Below are positions 38,618 through 48,809 of a stretch of 64,000 nucleotides of DNA, in pieces. Origin of the DNA: a virus (Duplodnaviria; Caudoviricetes). Location: IMG/VR virus record IMGVR_UViG_3300028797_000159, positions 8,563-72,562 of that record; one strand, given 5' to 3'. The notes under the pieces are model-generated. The model was given only the letters and a program-made list of their open reading frames with translations, ran no database searches and had not been told where the DNA came from. Both the position numbers and the translations under genes were made by a program. Position 1 is the first letter of the stretch. Each line of letters opens with the position of its first letter.

Positions 38618-40939
38618 ATGACAAATAAATTTTATGAATCAATTAAATATGCAACACAAGAATCACAAGTGCAAGAAGCATATAATAATGTATTTAAGTC
38701 ATATTTCAATATTTCTTTAATTGAAAGAAAACATCAGTGCGATGGTTATTTTAAAACTGTCACACAAAATGGTAAAGATATATCAGTGCTTATTGAATAT
38801 AAATACGATATTCATATGAAAGATAGGGTACAACGTAGTAAGGTTATTGCACAATGTTTAGGTTATATTAAAAAATTTGAAGAATCTGGTGAAAACATTC
38901 CTAAACTTATTTTCATTGGTGATATTAATGAATGCACTTTAATTCATACAAATGATATTATTAATCTACTAGACACTGAAGGTGTTGATTGGTCTATACC
39001 ACCATCAAATATGAGTGATGCTAACCCAAATCTAGTATTAGCAATAGCTAATACAGTAAATCCATGGGTTTATGATGTAAATGATGATTTTAATATTAAA
39101 GATGTAGTTGATAAGATAGTTGACCTATGCAGCAACATAAGTAGAAAATTACATATCACAGAAAAGAATATTGAAAAAGTGTATAATCTATTTTGTGACA
39201 GGGTTATTAAAGATAAGAAAAAGATTCCAGCAAATGATTTGGTTGGAACATTTATTGGTGTGATGCTTGACGCCGAACATTATTATCAACACCCAAAGAA
39301 AAAGAATATTCTTATTGCTAATGATAAACAAGTAGCTATTAATGGTGATCAGTTTGAATTGTTTATGCAAATGCACTCAACTGAATACTCACCAAAAGAA
39401 AAACGAATTATGACTGCTATTAGTGATCGTCTTATTGAAGATACTAATAGACGTAATAAAGGTGAATTTTATACACCTACATTATTCGTAGATTATGCAC
39501 ATGGCATGATTGAAAAAGAATTAGGCTCTCATTGGAAAGAGAATTATGTAGTATGGGATCCAGCTGCTGGAACGCTTAATTTGACTAGGGATTATAAATT
39601 TAAAGAGCTATATTGCAGCACATTAGAACAAGCTGAATTAGATATTAGTAAAAATTATAATAAAGAAGCAACAAAGTTTCAATTTGATTTTTTAAATGAT
39701 AGTCTTGATGATTTAAAAGTAAAAGCACCTGGATTATTAGAAGCATTTGAATTAAATAAACCTATTTGCTTCTTCATTAATCCTCCTTATGGTAGTGTTG
39801 GAAAAAGTGAAGGTGGTAAGGGTGACAAAGGATTGACAGCTGGTGAGGCAAACTCTAGAGTAAAAGAACGAGCTATTTGTCAAGTACGTGATTTACTAGT
39901 TCAATTCATTTACAGAATAACTGAAATTAAAGAAAATTATAAATTAACTAACTGTTATCTGGCTTGTTTTACAAAACCTACATGGTTAACAGCAAATATT
40001 TATAAACCATTTAGAAAATTATTTATGAGTAATTTTGAATACAGGTCTGGCATACTATTTAATGCTGGTGAGTTTGCTAATGTGAGTGCCAAGTGGGGAA
40101 TTACATTTAATATTTGGAAAACTGGTAAGTACGAATCATCAGAATATATTCATAGTTTAGTTAAATCAGTTGATTCAGAAGTTAAAGTTGTAGGTGTCAA
40201 ATGTTTATACAATAAAGATGACACAACTCACAATATCAGTAAATTATTAACTAAACATGGGAATAGTCTTAATTTAAGATGTTCTCACAGGGAAGATGTA
40301 CAACACTTTAATTATAATGGTATTTACACTCATGGTGGTGAAAAAGATATAAACGGTATAAATTTTGAAGATGCTATTATTTACACATCAGCAAGAACAC
40401 TAACAGTTTCATCATGGATTAATGATAAAGATAGACTTTTAGAGCCAAACAAAAGGCACCATCAATATAAACAATTTTACTTAGACTCTATTATATTAAA
40501 TATTTTTAGTTATCAACAGTCTTACAGATTTAATGACAGACCTGATGAGATAAATAATTATTTCTGGATGTCAAAACAAGAAATACTTGATCTTGCAGAA
40601 GAGTATAATAATGACTATACATATGAAGATGCTTTAAATTCAGATGAAAGATTTGTATATACAAAACTACAAGAGATTAAAGATGATTTATCACCTGAAG
40701 CAAAAGCTGTATTAGACAAAGCGACAGAGCTTGTTAAGAAGTCTTTTAAATATCGCGAATTATTTAATGACTCTCATCCTGAATATCAAATCAATAATTG
40801 GGATTGCGGATGGTATCAGCTTAAAGCTTTATTAAAAGAATTCATGTCAAATGAATTAAAAGAATTTAGGGCATTATATAAACAACTAGCTGATAAAATG
40901 CGGCCTATGATTTATGAATTAGGTTTCTTAAGAAAATAG
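38618..40939 (+). CDS. type IIG-like endonuclease-methyltransferase fusion
   Basis: CDG...IEYK nuclease motif; GEFYTP; WDPAAG motif I; NPPY motif IV. Confidence 0.8.
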   Translation: MTNKFYESIKYATQESQVQEAYNNVFKSYFNISLIERKHQCDGYFKTVTQNGKDISVLIEYKYDIHMKDRVQRSKVIAQCLGYIKKFEESGENIPKLIFIGDINECTLIHTNDIINLLDTEGVDWSIPPSNMSDANPNLVLAIANTVNPWVYDVNDDFNIKDVVDKIVDLCSNISRKLHITEKNIEKVYNLFCDRVIKDKKKIPANDLVGTFIGVMLDAEHYYQHPKKKNILIANDKQVAINGDQFELFMQMHSTEYSPKEKRIMTAISDRLIEDTNRRNKGEFYTPTLFVDYAHGMIEKELGSHWKENYVVWDPAAGTLNLTRDYKFKELYCSTLEQAELDISKNYNKEATKFQFDFLNDSLDDLKVKAPGLLEAFELNKPICFFINPPYGSVGKSEGGKGDKGLTAGEANSRVKERAICQVRDLLVQFIYRITEIKENYKLTNCYLACFTKPTWLTANIYKPFRKLFMSNFEYRSGILFNAGEFANVSAKWGITFNIWKTGKYESSEYIHSLVKSVDSEVKVVGVKCLYNKDDTTHNISKLLTKHGNSLNLRCSHREDVQHFNYNGIYTHGGEKDINGINFEDAIIYTSARTLTVSSWINDKDRLLEPNKRHHQYKQFYLDSIILNIFSYQQSYRFNDRPDEINNYFWMSKQEILDLAEEYNNDYTYEDALNSDERFVYTKLQEIKDDLSPEAKAVLDKATELVKKSFKYRELFNDSHPEYQINNWDCGWYQLKALLKEFMSNELKEFRALYKQLADKMRPMIYELGFLRK

Positions 40940-40954
40940 TTATAAGGTAATAAT

Positions 40955-41420
40955 ATGATTAGAAGAAAATATATACTAGAATCAACAGACGCAACATCGA
41001 TTAATTCTACAAGAAGTGCTGCTAGTTTATTAAAAAAGATTAGGTTTTAGAAAAGGTAAAAGTTTTAAAGGTGTAAGTGGTGCGAACTATTATATTGGTG
41101 ATAACTGTGGTGTAATATTACATAGTAGTGGTATTTATTTTCCTAAAAAGTATGATGTTTCAGACAATATTGTTGAAACTGATTATACATTAAAAAATAC
41201 ATTACCAATGCTTGGACTAAGTATACAGCATGGTGCAGATGTTAGTGAAAGCACAATGGAAGACCTTATTGCTTATACCTTATTAAATAAAGGTAGGGAT
41301 GTAACATTATCTTTTCCAACTACTATAGATGAAATAAAAGAAAACATTGAAATTGTGCAAGAAGATGGCGATGCTATTAGGTATATAATTGAATCTTACT
41401 TAGAAAACCTAAATAATTAA
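40955..41420 (+). pseudogene. frameshifted hypothetical gene
   Basis: MIRRKYILES frame stops at 41050; removing one A from A6 at 41032-41037 joins it to the frame ending 41420. Confidence 0.6.
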
Positions 41421-41430
41421 TATAAATAAA

Positions 41431-41454
41431 TCCCATATAGTTAACTATATGGGA
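41431..41454. terminator. perfect 24 bp palindrome TCCCATATAGTTAACTATATGGGA (copy 1 of 3)
   Basis: identical at 50739 and 59658; A/T tails on both sides. Confidence 0.8.
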
Positions 41455-41461
41455 TTTTCTA

Positions 41462-41593
41462 TTTGTATCTGAAGTATTTCAAAATAGTATTCAAAATCCC
41501 TGATACAAAATTATGCAAAAATTTTGTTTACAAGGCAGTAGTCCTGTGGTATAATTATCCCATAATCGTTAAGGCAAAGAGCCTTACGCGATT
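41462..41593 (+). promoter_or_regulatory. repeated promoter element copy 15 (divergent hairpin)
   Basis: core and -35/-10 conserved; hairpin TAAGGC..GCCTTA. Confidence 0.8.
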
Positions 41594-41620
41594 CTTCTTT
41601 GACTGTATTTGGGGAATACT

Positions 41621-41734
41621 ATGAGAAATGAAATTGAGGCTTTAATCCTTTTGGTCGTCGTTGTCTTTGGCTGCTTCTATGTCAATGAACTCACTGATCT
41701 TCTTGGCACTTTCATTTCTATGATTATGGGGTAA
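41621..41734 (+). CDS. small membrane peptide (37 aa)
   Basis: GGGGA RBS; hydrophobic. Confidence 0.65.
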   Translation: MRNEIEALILLVVVVFGCFYVNELTDLLGTFISMIMG

Positions 41735-41739
41735 GACAT

Positions 41740-41958
41740 ATGTTTAAACTTTATTATCTTTTCGATTCCGATAATGCTGCAACTTCTGTTTACTCTGATC
41801 CCGAATTGATTAATTGCATTAATTATATGGAGGATAGTGGCTTTAATAAAGCTAGATGTTTGATTGTTTCGCCAAATGGTACTAGAATTACATTTGAGTC
41901 TAATGATATTGTGTTTCATAGCACTCAAACTTATCGTACAGCACTTCATGCATGTTAG
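41740..41958 (+). CDS. hypothetical protein
   Basis: ORF in operon. Confidence 0.65.
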   Translation: MFKLYYLFDSDNAATSVYSDPELINCINYMEDSGFNKARCLIVSPNGTRITFESNDIVFHSTQTYRTALHAC

Positions 41959-42257
41959 TGAGGATAATTATTATGCCATGCCAATATTATGAAACAATAG
42001 CAGATACTTTACTTGACGAAATAGAAATGTGGTTTATAGCTAATTGTTCACCTGATAGCTATGCTACTATAGAACAATATATAGAAGATATGGATTCATT
42101 TATAGATTGTATAAATGATACTGGATTAAATGATTGTATTAATTATCTTATCACTGAATATGGCTATTCACCTGAATATATAGAAAATCACATTAACGAA
42201 ATTGCAGCTTATATTGTTTATTGTGCTGAGAATTCTTTAAAAGAAAATATTAAATAG
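41952..42257 (+). CDS. hypothetical acidic protein
   Basis: ORF; true start possibly 41973. Confidence 0.7.
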   Translation: MLVRIIIMPCQYYETIADTLLDEIEMWFIANCSPDSYATIEQYIEDMDSFIDCINDTGLNDCINYLITEYGYSPEYIENHINEIAAYIVYCAENSLKENIK

Positions 42258-42267
42258 GAGCTTTACT

Positions 42268-42666
42268 ATGGCAGACACTGAAAACAAAATTAACCTTCGT
42301 GACCTTGATGATGTTGATTGTGCGAACATTGTTGTAGCTAGACAGATTAAAAAGTTTATTCGTAAATTTCAATCATTTAAAACAACGCCAATCGATTGTT
42401 GGATTAGTCGCGGGCACTTTATCACATTTAAATATAGTAATGATAAATTCATCTGGGAATCGGCACCAGATAAGTATGGCTGTAAAACATTTATCACATC
42501 ATTGAGTGAAAATCTTAGTAGATTCGACTTGAACAAGCTTCTTGTATTTACATTTAACACAATGTGTGATATGAATAATAGTGAAGATATTTCAGATACT
42601 GCTGAAGACCTTCTTGCATATGCTGAATCTAAATTGCGTGAAATGCTTGCTGATGAAGCTGTATAA
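42268..42666 (+). CDS. hypothetical protein
   Basis: AGGAG RBS. Confidence 0.75.
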   Translation: MADTENKINLRDLDDVDCANIVVARQIKKFIRKFQSFKTTPIDCWISRGHFITFKYSNDKFIWESAPDKYGCKTFITSLSENLSRFDLNKLLVFTFNTMCDMNNSEDISDTAEDLLAYAESKLREMLADEAV

Positions 42667-42749
42667 TCTCATATAAGTTAAAAACCCTCTAATTTAAATT
42701 AGAGGGTTTTTATTTTATTATTTATTATGTAAAAACTACGACCTGTAAA

Positions 42750-42866
42750 TCGAAATATTTCGAAGAATCCCTGATACAATTTGATACACTTTTTATGTTT
42801 ACAGACTTTAATTTTTATAGTATAATATGTCTATAAATTGAATGGATGGAATGGGTCCTTCCAGTA
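42750..42866 (+). promoter_or_regulatory. repeated promoter element copy 16
   Basis: same architecture. Confidence 0.85.
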
Positions 42867-42882
42867 AACAAAGGAGTATAAT

Positions 42883-43236
42883 ATGAAGAAATATACAGTT
42901 AATACTAATATTACAATGAATCTCTGTGACGAGTTTTATGGAGAACCAGCTCTAACGCTTGAAGGTTTAGATCTTAATAGCCTTGATGATTATGCAAATT
43001 ACCTTGACAATGAATGTGTTTTAAAAGATAATGCAGTCTTTCATGTTATTCATGGAAGTGAGATGAATGATTTCTATACGTTATCTGGAAAAAATGCTTA
43101 TCCAGATGATTTAAATATTGTTGTTATTAAGTTAAGCAACCTTGTTAATCCAAATAAACTTATTACAAAGAGGTTTGAATTCGGTGGAAGGTGGTTTGAC
43201 GATGTTGTTGATAACAATGCTCACAGAGAATGCTAA
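42883..43236 (+). CDS. hypothetical protein, paralog of 22745..23098
   Basis: shared motifs; AAGGAG RBS. Confidence 0.8.
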   Translation: MKKYTVNTNITMNLCDEFYGEPALTLEGLDLNSLDDYANYLDNECVLKDNAVFHVIHGSEMNDFYTLSGKNAYPDDLNIVVIKLSNLVNPNKLITKRFEFGGRWFDDVVDNNAHREC

Positions 43237-43241
43237 TTTAA

Positions 43242-43652
43242 TTGGGAACAGCTATGTCGCTTTATACATTAAAAGAACTTAACAACAAACCAGCGGAAAT
43301 TATAAGTGCACTTATACTAGAAGAATACAAGATAATTCCTACAGAACAGTCTAGTAATAAAAAAGAATTTGTGGCTGTACTTACTAAGGGTAACTATACA
43401 GTTGAAGTTATAACGCGGTATAATTACGATTATTTTGTTATAATCTTTACTGCTAAACATAGTACAGATCATAAATTTGACATTGAAGAATCACGCATAT
43501 ATTATAAGTCGTATAGCGACAAATATGATGAAGTTTATTCAGACTCTAAAAAAGAGGCTGAAGATGAGCGTCTTAAATATCTCACAAAGTGTTATGAAGA
43601 TATGTATTTAACAGGAAAATTTCCAGAAGTCTATAAGGAGTTTCCAAGATGA
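43242..43652 (+). CDS. hypothetical protein
   Basis: ORF in operon. Confidence 0.65.
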   Translation: MGTAMSLYTLKELNNKPAEIISALILEEYKIIPTEQSSNKKEFVAVLTKGNYTVEVITRYNYDYFVIIFTAKHSTDHKFDIEESRIYYKSYSDKYDEVYSDSKKEAEDERLKYLTKCYEDMYLTGKFPEVYKEFPR

Positions 43653-43927
43653 GTGGTGGTGCATTTGACTACAGAGATAATATCCTTTTTGATTTAAAGG
43701 ACATGGTTGCCCGTGAAATCGGACTACTTGAATATGGTGGTAATAACGAAGATTGGAGAAGCGATAATCCTAAAGTCATTGAATATATGAAAACTATTTG
43801 CAAAGACTTGGGTAAACTTGGCAACATACTTCATTCACTAGATTGGTATTTGTCTGGTGATACTAGTGAAGATAAATTTATTTCAGATTATGAAAATTTA
43901 TATATGGAGAAGCATGATGGCGACTAG
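43649..43927 (+). CDS. conserved phage hypothetical protein
   Basis: MSGGAFDY...LDWYLSGDTSEDKF pattern recalled from phage proteins. Confidence 0.75.
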   Translation: MSGGAFDYRDNILFDLKDMVAREIGLLEYGGNNEDWRSDNPKVIEYMKTICKDLGKLGNILHSLDWYLSGDTSEDKFISDYENLYMEKHDGD

Positions 43928-44147
43928 TGAAAGTTGTATGCTTAATTTAACAATTGGTCAAATAAGAGTATTACATCATACTTTGGAGAAATATATTCGC
44001 AGTCATGATATAATCTTACATAACAGTAGATTTAACATAAACGAAATGAGACTTATATTTGCCGATATGTCAAGATATTGTGAATTATGCAATACGCTTA
44101 ATGATATTCTAATTAAACATGATAGCCAAACATATAAGAGTGAGTAA
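43914..44147 (+). CDS. hypothetical protein
   Basis: start after GGAG. Confidence 0.6.
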   Translation: MMATSESCMLNLTIGQIRVLHHTLEKYIRSHDIILHNSRFNINEMRLIFADMSRYCELCNTLNDILIKHDSQTYKSE

Positions 44148-44153
44148 ATAATT

Positions 44154-44513
44154 ATGCTTACAAAATTTAATAATATGGATGCTGTTGTGTCTGATGTTGT
44201 TCATTCATGTATTAACGACGGTTATAAGATTGATGTAGAAGAATCAATAATTGATTATGAAGAAGATAAGAACTGTGTATTTAAAACTGTTCTGAAAAAA
44301 GATGTTGATGGAATTGAATGTAAAACTGTTATTACACTCAATAGCAATGAAGATGATAAAACTAAATATTGCACTTATCACAAAGTAGAGATTGTTGGTG
44401 ATACTAAATGGAGTGAAGAAACTTATACATATAATTATACAACTAACAAGTATAAACTAAATAACACTGTTAAAGATAATTCTCTAAATAAAACAAATAA
44501 TAATATTATATAA
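44154..44513 (+). CDS. hypothetical protein
   Basis: ORF in operon. Confidence 0.7.
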   Translation: MLTKFNNMDAVVSDVVHSCINDGYKIDVEESIIDYEEDKNCVFKTVLKKDVDGIECKTVITLNSNEDDKTKYCTYHKVEIVGDTKWSEETYTYNYTTNKYKLNNTVKDNSLNKTNNNII

Positions 44514-44560
44514 ATAATTCCTGATATTATGATAATGTCATAGTGTTAGGAATTATTTAT

Positions 44561-44677
44561 TTTTATCGAATCTGTATCAAAAATCCCTGATACAAATTGA
44601 TGAATTTTTCTTGTTTACAAATCAGTGATCTTGAAGTATAATATACCTATAAATTGAATGAGAATGGACTCATTCAG
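44561..44677 (+). promoter_or_regulatory. repeated promoter element copy 17
   Basis: same architecture. Confidence 0.85.
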
Positions 44678-44696
44678 TGAACTATGGAGACTCACA

Positions 44697-44936
44697 ATGA
44701 TAAACCCATTTATTGGAATGCAAGAAATTCAGGAACTCAAAGATTCTGATCAATTCAATTATATAGTTGTTTATCCTGTGTTAAATAACAAACTTGAAAT
44801 TATTCCATTTGTTGATAGATCTAGAGCTTTTAAAGAGACTGTTAAAGTTTCAGAAAGTGGACAGTGGGTTTATATGATTGAACTCAAAGATGGTCACATC
44901 CTTGCATATCTTACTGGTTATTGTTCTAAACGATAA
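44697..44936 (+). CDS. hypothetical protein
   Basis: start after GGAG. Confidence 0.7.
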   Translation: MINPFIGMQEIQELKDSDQFNYIVVYPVLNNKLEIIPFVDRSRAFKETVKVSESGQWVYMIELKDGHILAYLTGYCSKR

Positions 44937-44956
44937 TTTACTTGGAGAGCATAAAC

Positions 44957-45205
44957 ATGACTGAAATGTATTATCTTGTAAAACAAAATAAAGACGATGT
45001 TTATCTTCTGAGTGAACCGAATAAAATATTATTCTCAACAAAAGATCGTAAAGAAGCTGAGCTTGCATATAAGAAAGTTGCCGGTGATAAAAAAGTATTT
45101 CCTGATGAATTTGATAAAGGAATTTATGTATTAGTATCAATGGGTCATTATCCACTTCATCCAAAAACACTCTATGAGATTAATTCGAATACTTACCCAG
45201 TGTAA
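44957..45205 (+). CDS. hypothetical protein
   Basis: start after GGAG. Confidence 0.7.
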   Translation: MTEMYYLVKQNKDDVYLLSEPNKILFSTKDRKEAELAYKKVAGDKKVFPDEFDKGIYVLVSMGHYPLHPKTLYEINSNTYPV

Positions 45206-45226
45206 ATAATATTATAGGAATAAGTT

Positions 45227-45301
45227 ATGTTCGATATATTATTAATTATAAGTGGAACACTTTTGTTTATTTCTGTAATTATGTATGCTGAACATATTTA
45301 A
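45227..45301 (+). CDS. small single-TM peptide (24 aa)
   Basis: AGGA RBS; MFDILLIISGTLLFISVIMYAEHI. Confidence 0.55.
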   Translation: MFDILLIISGTLLFISVIMYAEHI

Positions 45302-45320
45302 ATTTACATGTCATAGTTTC

Positions 45321-45440
45321 AGTCTGTATCGAAATAAAGTCAAAAATCCATGATACAAAATGATGAATCTTTTTTGTTTACAAGGATAGACTTTTGGACT
45401 ATAATATGTCCATAAATTGAATGAGTCCATTCTCATTCAA
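45321..45440 (+). promoter_or_regulatory. repeated promoter element copy 18 (hairpin loop inverted)
   Basis: TTGAATGAGTCCATTCTCATTCAA is the exact reverse complement of the consensus hairpin. Confidence 0.85.
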
Positions 45441-45459
45441 TAACCTAATGAGGTACCAA

Positions 45460-45768
45460 ATGGCATTTTACACATTGGAAGAGTTGGAATTGAATATTGC
45501 TGATCAGATTAATAAACTCGTCCAGAATGGCTATCATATTGATGGTGAGGCTTCTACCTCAACAGGTAAGCGATTTAAAGCTGTGCTTAAAAAAGATTTC
45601 CCTCAACAAATGACTGTGATTTTTAGAAGTATTATCATTTGTGATAAATATGCATCAGGTTTTGAAGTCTCGTGCAAAAAGCTTCCTGAACTCAATCATT
45701 CAAAGTATAATACTTATTATAAAGTACATGACAATATTTATACTGATTCTAAAACTGCAACTTACTAA
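45460..45768 (+). CDS. hypothetical protein
   Basis: start after GAGG. Confidence 0.7.
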   Translation: MAFYTLEELELNIADQINKLVQNGYHIDGEASTSTGKRFKAVLKKDFPQQMTVIFRSIIICDKYASGFEVSCKKLPELNHSKYNTYYKVHDNIYTDSKTATY

Positions 45769-45785
45769 TAATGGAGGTACATACT

Positions 45786-46091
45786 ATGAGTACTTGGGAA
45801 AGCTTGGATTATGCACCTTTTAACGGTGATGAGATTATTTGCACACATTTTTATTGGAATCCAGTTGTTACTAACAAAGACCCTCATTATAGAGTATTTT
45901 TAAAACATAAAGATGGCACTATTAATAGTGTAAGAAAATACACAATTGACATTATGAATTCATATATTAAAAGTGTAATGAACTCTAATGATGTTGTTGA
46001 TTACATGCTGTGTGAATGGGTAAATAACGAATACCGTGAATGTAGACATTCTAAAGGTTGGAATATTAAAATTAAAGACCTTAAATATTAA
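45786..46091 (+). CDS. hypothetical protein
   Basis: start after GGAGG. Confidence 0.7.
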   Translation: MSTWESLDYAPFNGDEIICTHFYWNPVVTNKDPHYRVFLKHKDGTINSVRKYTIDIMNSYIKSVMNSNDVVDYMLCEWVNNEYRECRHSKGWNIKIKDLKY

Positions 46092-46109
46092 GTATATTTA
46101 CACATCATA

Positions 46110-46228
46110 TTTGTATTAGAAATAAATCGAAAATCCCTGATACAAAATGATGAATTTTTTCTGTTTACAAGGGCAAGTAGTTGTAGTATAATATACTCAT
46201 AAATTGAATGGGAATGGTTCCTGTTCAT
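46110..46228 (+). promoter_or_regulatory. repeated promoter element copy 19
   Basis: same architecture. Confidence 0.85.
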
Positions 46229-46245
46229 AGACTGGAGGAATTATT

Positions 46246-47559
46246 ATGATGGAAATAAAAGGGAAATATTGTACTGCAAAAATATATGCTGGCACTATAG
46301 AAGATGGTGTAGTTGAACAGTTAAAAGAAATTGTAAACTGTCCAGCTTTTAAAGATCAGCAGGTTCGATGTATGCCGGACGTTCATGTTGGTGCGGCAGG
46401 TCCATGCGGGTTAGTAGCAACTATTGGTGAATGGGTAAACCCGCAACACGTTGGTGTAGACATTGGCTGTGAAGTTTCAATGGTTTTTCTTAATAAGAAA
46501 ATACCTGAATTTATTTATAAAGAATTTGAGGCAAAAGTAAAAGAGCAAGTTAAATTTGGACAGACTATACACTCAGAATGTAAAGTTGACAAATTAGAAT
46601 TTGTTAAATTTATTCAGGAAGGCTTTGATACGTATCGTGGCATTTGGCCTGATAAGTTATATGAACTTCCGAAAGTAGTAACTATTGAATACATTAACTC
46701 TGTTATTAGTAGAGTTGGCATAAATGAAGAACACTTTTGGCGTTCATTAGGAACTGTCGGTGGTGGAAATCACTATTGGGAATACGGTGAAGGTTCTGAA
46801 GGTAATACTTGTCATTACGCATATTCAGTTCATTGTGGATCTCGTAACTTTGGTTTAAAAGTATGTCATTATTGGACTAAGTTGGCAGAGTGCGGTTTAT
46901 CTAAAAGCGAAATTAAAAGCATTACTGATGCTTTAAAAGTAGAGTATTCAAATACTTACTCATCAATGGAAGGTTTTTCTGAAGCGTTAAAAGAAAAATT
47001 AGATATTGAAAAATCTAAAAAGATACCTGGCTATTTAACAGGTGACTTACTTAGAGGATATCTTTGTGATATGTGTTTTGCTCAATTATATGCAAAATTT
47101 AATCATATTACTATAGAAAAAATTGTGAACGAGATATTAGGTCAATATGGTATACATCAAATAGACAGAATTTCATGTACGCATAATTTTATAGACTTAG
47201 AAGATCATACTCTGCGAAAGTCAGCTATTCGTTCATATAAAGGAGAGCGACTTTTGCTTCCATTCAATATGAAAAGCGGAACTGCAGTGTGTGAAGGCAA
47301 GTCAAATACAGAATGGTTAAATGGTTGTGCTCATGGGGCTGGTAGAAAGATGTCACGTACTATGGCAAAGTCTAAAATTTCTTTAGAAGAGTTTAAACTT
47401 TCAATGGAAGGCGTTTATTCTACTACTGTTTGTGAGTCGACTATAGACGAGTCACCTATGGCTTATAAAGATACTGATGAGATTAAAAGACTAATATCTG
47501 AAACTGCAGATATTAAATTTATGATGTTACCTAAGATAAACATTAAAGCAACTGAATAA
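46246..47559 (+). CDS. rtcB: RtcB RNA ligase
   Basis: MPDVH, VGVDIGC, GGGNHY, HCGSRN, HN, HGAGR, DESPMAYK. Confidence 0.95.
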   Translation: MMEIKGKYCTAKIYAGTIEDGVVEQLKEIVNCPAFKDQQVRCMPDVHVGAAGPCGLVATIGEWVNPQHVGVDIGCEVSMVFLNKKIPEFIYKEFEAKVKEQVKFGQTIHSECKVDKLEFVKFIQEGFDTYRGIWPDKLYELPKVVTIEYINSVISRVGINEEHFWRSLGTVGGGNHYWEYGEGSEGNTCHYAYSVHCGSRNFGLKVCHYWTKLAECGLSKSEIKSITDALKVEYSNTYSSMEGFSEALKEKLDIEKSKKIPGYLTGDLLRGYLCDMCFAQLYAKFNHITIEKIVNEILGQYGIHQIDRISCTHNFIDLEDHTLRKSAIRSYKGERLLLPFNMKSGTAVCEGKSNTEWLNGCAHGAGRKMSRTMAKSKISLEEFKLSMEGVYSTTVCESTIDESPMAYKDTDEIKRLISETADIKFMMLPKINIKATE

Positions 47560-47564
47560 AAATA

Positions 47565-47587
47565 CCGGACAATTAATAATTGTCCGG
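47565..47587. terminator. bidirectional terminator between rtcB and convergent endonuclease
   Basis: CCGGACAATT/AATTGTCCGG. Confidence 0.8.
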
Positions 47588-47593
47588 CACGGC

Positions 47594-48442
47594 TTAACAA
47601 TTTGATCTTCCTGGGTAATATCCTTCTGGACAGACTGTTGATAAAATATCTTCTTTTCCATTTGTGTACCAATGCTTTTTATTTTTAGCTCTACTGCATT
47701 TTATTTTATTAGCAGTTTCTTGTGATACAGACTTACCAGGTCTAAATCCTTCAGGACATTCAAATGCTAAAGTATTTTCTTTTCCGTTAGTATACCAGTG
47801 TTTACCAAACGAGCCATTTTCTTTTCCAACAGTTTTACCTTTATGTGCTTCACTTTGCTTTCTACGATGTTCTTCTGTTATTAGTGGTCTATTTTTTGCA
47901 GCGATACTCATATTAGAACGATGTTCATTTGAAAATAATCTACCTTTAACAAACCCTTCAGGACATTCATAAGTAAATATATTTGTTTTCCCATTATTAA
48001 ACCAATGTTTATTTTTACTATAGCAGCCGACAGATTTCATTGATCCGTTGCTAATTCTTTCTTTCAATAGATTTGAATAATCTTCTCTTAATTTAGCATA
48101 TTCTTCTGCAGATATTTTGTAATCTGAATTTGGGCGACTCCAAAACGCGTGTAAAGCGAATCTCATGCTATTGCCAGGAAATATATTTACTAATAACTTA
48201 TGACACTCATAGTGTTCGGTTGCAGTTAGCAACACCAAATTAAATTTACATCTTTTAAATTCTGTAAAGATTGATCTAGGTAAGATATGATGACATTCAT
48301 AATAGCTACCATTTCCCTTTTTACGTAAGCCTAACTTACATTCTTGCTTTGCGCGAGAAATAATCTCAATATACTTTTTACATGAGTCAATAATTAAATT
48401 AACGCCGATAATACTTCTTACTAAACTTTTGTTATATTCCAT
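47594..48442 (-). CDS. HNH homing endonuclease (Mob-like) with NUMOD repeats
   Basis: YECHHILPRS..NLVLLT..EHYECH; three HW(F/Y)(N/T)NG repeats. Confidence 0.88.
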   Translation of the reverse strand: MEYNKSLVRSIIGVNLIIDSCKKYIEIISRAKQECKLGLRKKGNGSYYECHHILPRSIFTEFKRCKFNLVLLTATEHYECHKLLVNIFPGNSMRFALHAFWSRPNSDYKISAEEYAKLREDYSNLLKERISNGSMKSVGCYSKNKHWFNNGKTNIFTYECPEGFVKGRLFSNEHRSNMSIAAKNRPLITEEHRRKQSEAHKGKTVGKENGSFGKHWYTNGKENTLAFECPEGFRPGKSVSQETANKIKCSRAKNKKHWYTNGKEDILSTVCPEGYYPGRSNC

Positions 48443-48527
48443 AATTATTCCTACAAATAAATAGTTAATACAACTTAACTTAGCTGTTTATGTATATAGA
48501 TATTTATTGGAATAATAACTATTAAGA

Positions 48528-48809
48528 TCAATACTAGCAATAGGAAAAGGCAATGAAGATTGGAACTGTTCAGGTCCTCATGGTGCTGGTCGGTTAATGT
48601 CGCGTAAAGAAGCTAAACAGTCGATTTCAATGAAAGACTTCATTAACTCAATGGACGGTATTTATACCACTTCCGTCAATGAAGGAACTTTGGATGAGTC
48701 ACCGATGGCATATAAAAATGCGCAGGAAATTATTGACTGTGTGAAAGACACCGTTGATATTGTTACCGTAATTAAACCGATTTACAACTTCAAAGCATCT
48801 GATGTTTGA
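48528..48809 (+). pseudogene. displaced 3' end of a second rtcB allele
   Basis: SILAIGKGNEDWNCSGPHGAGRLMSR...DESPMAYK...NFKASDV*, no upstream start (TAA 48516). Confidence 0.9.
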
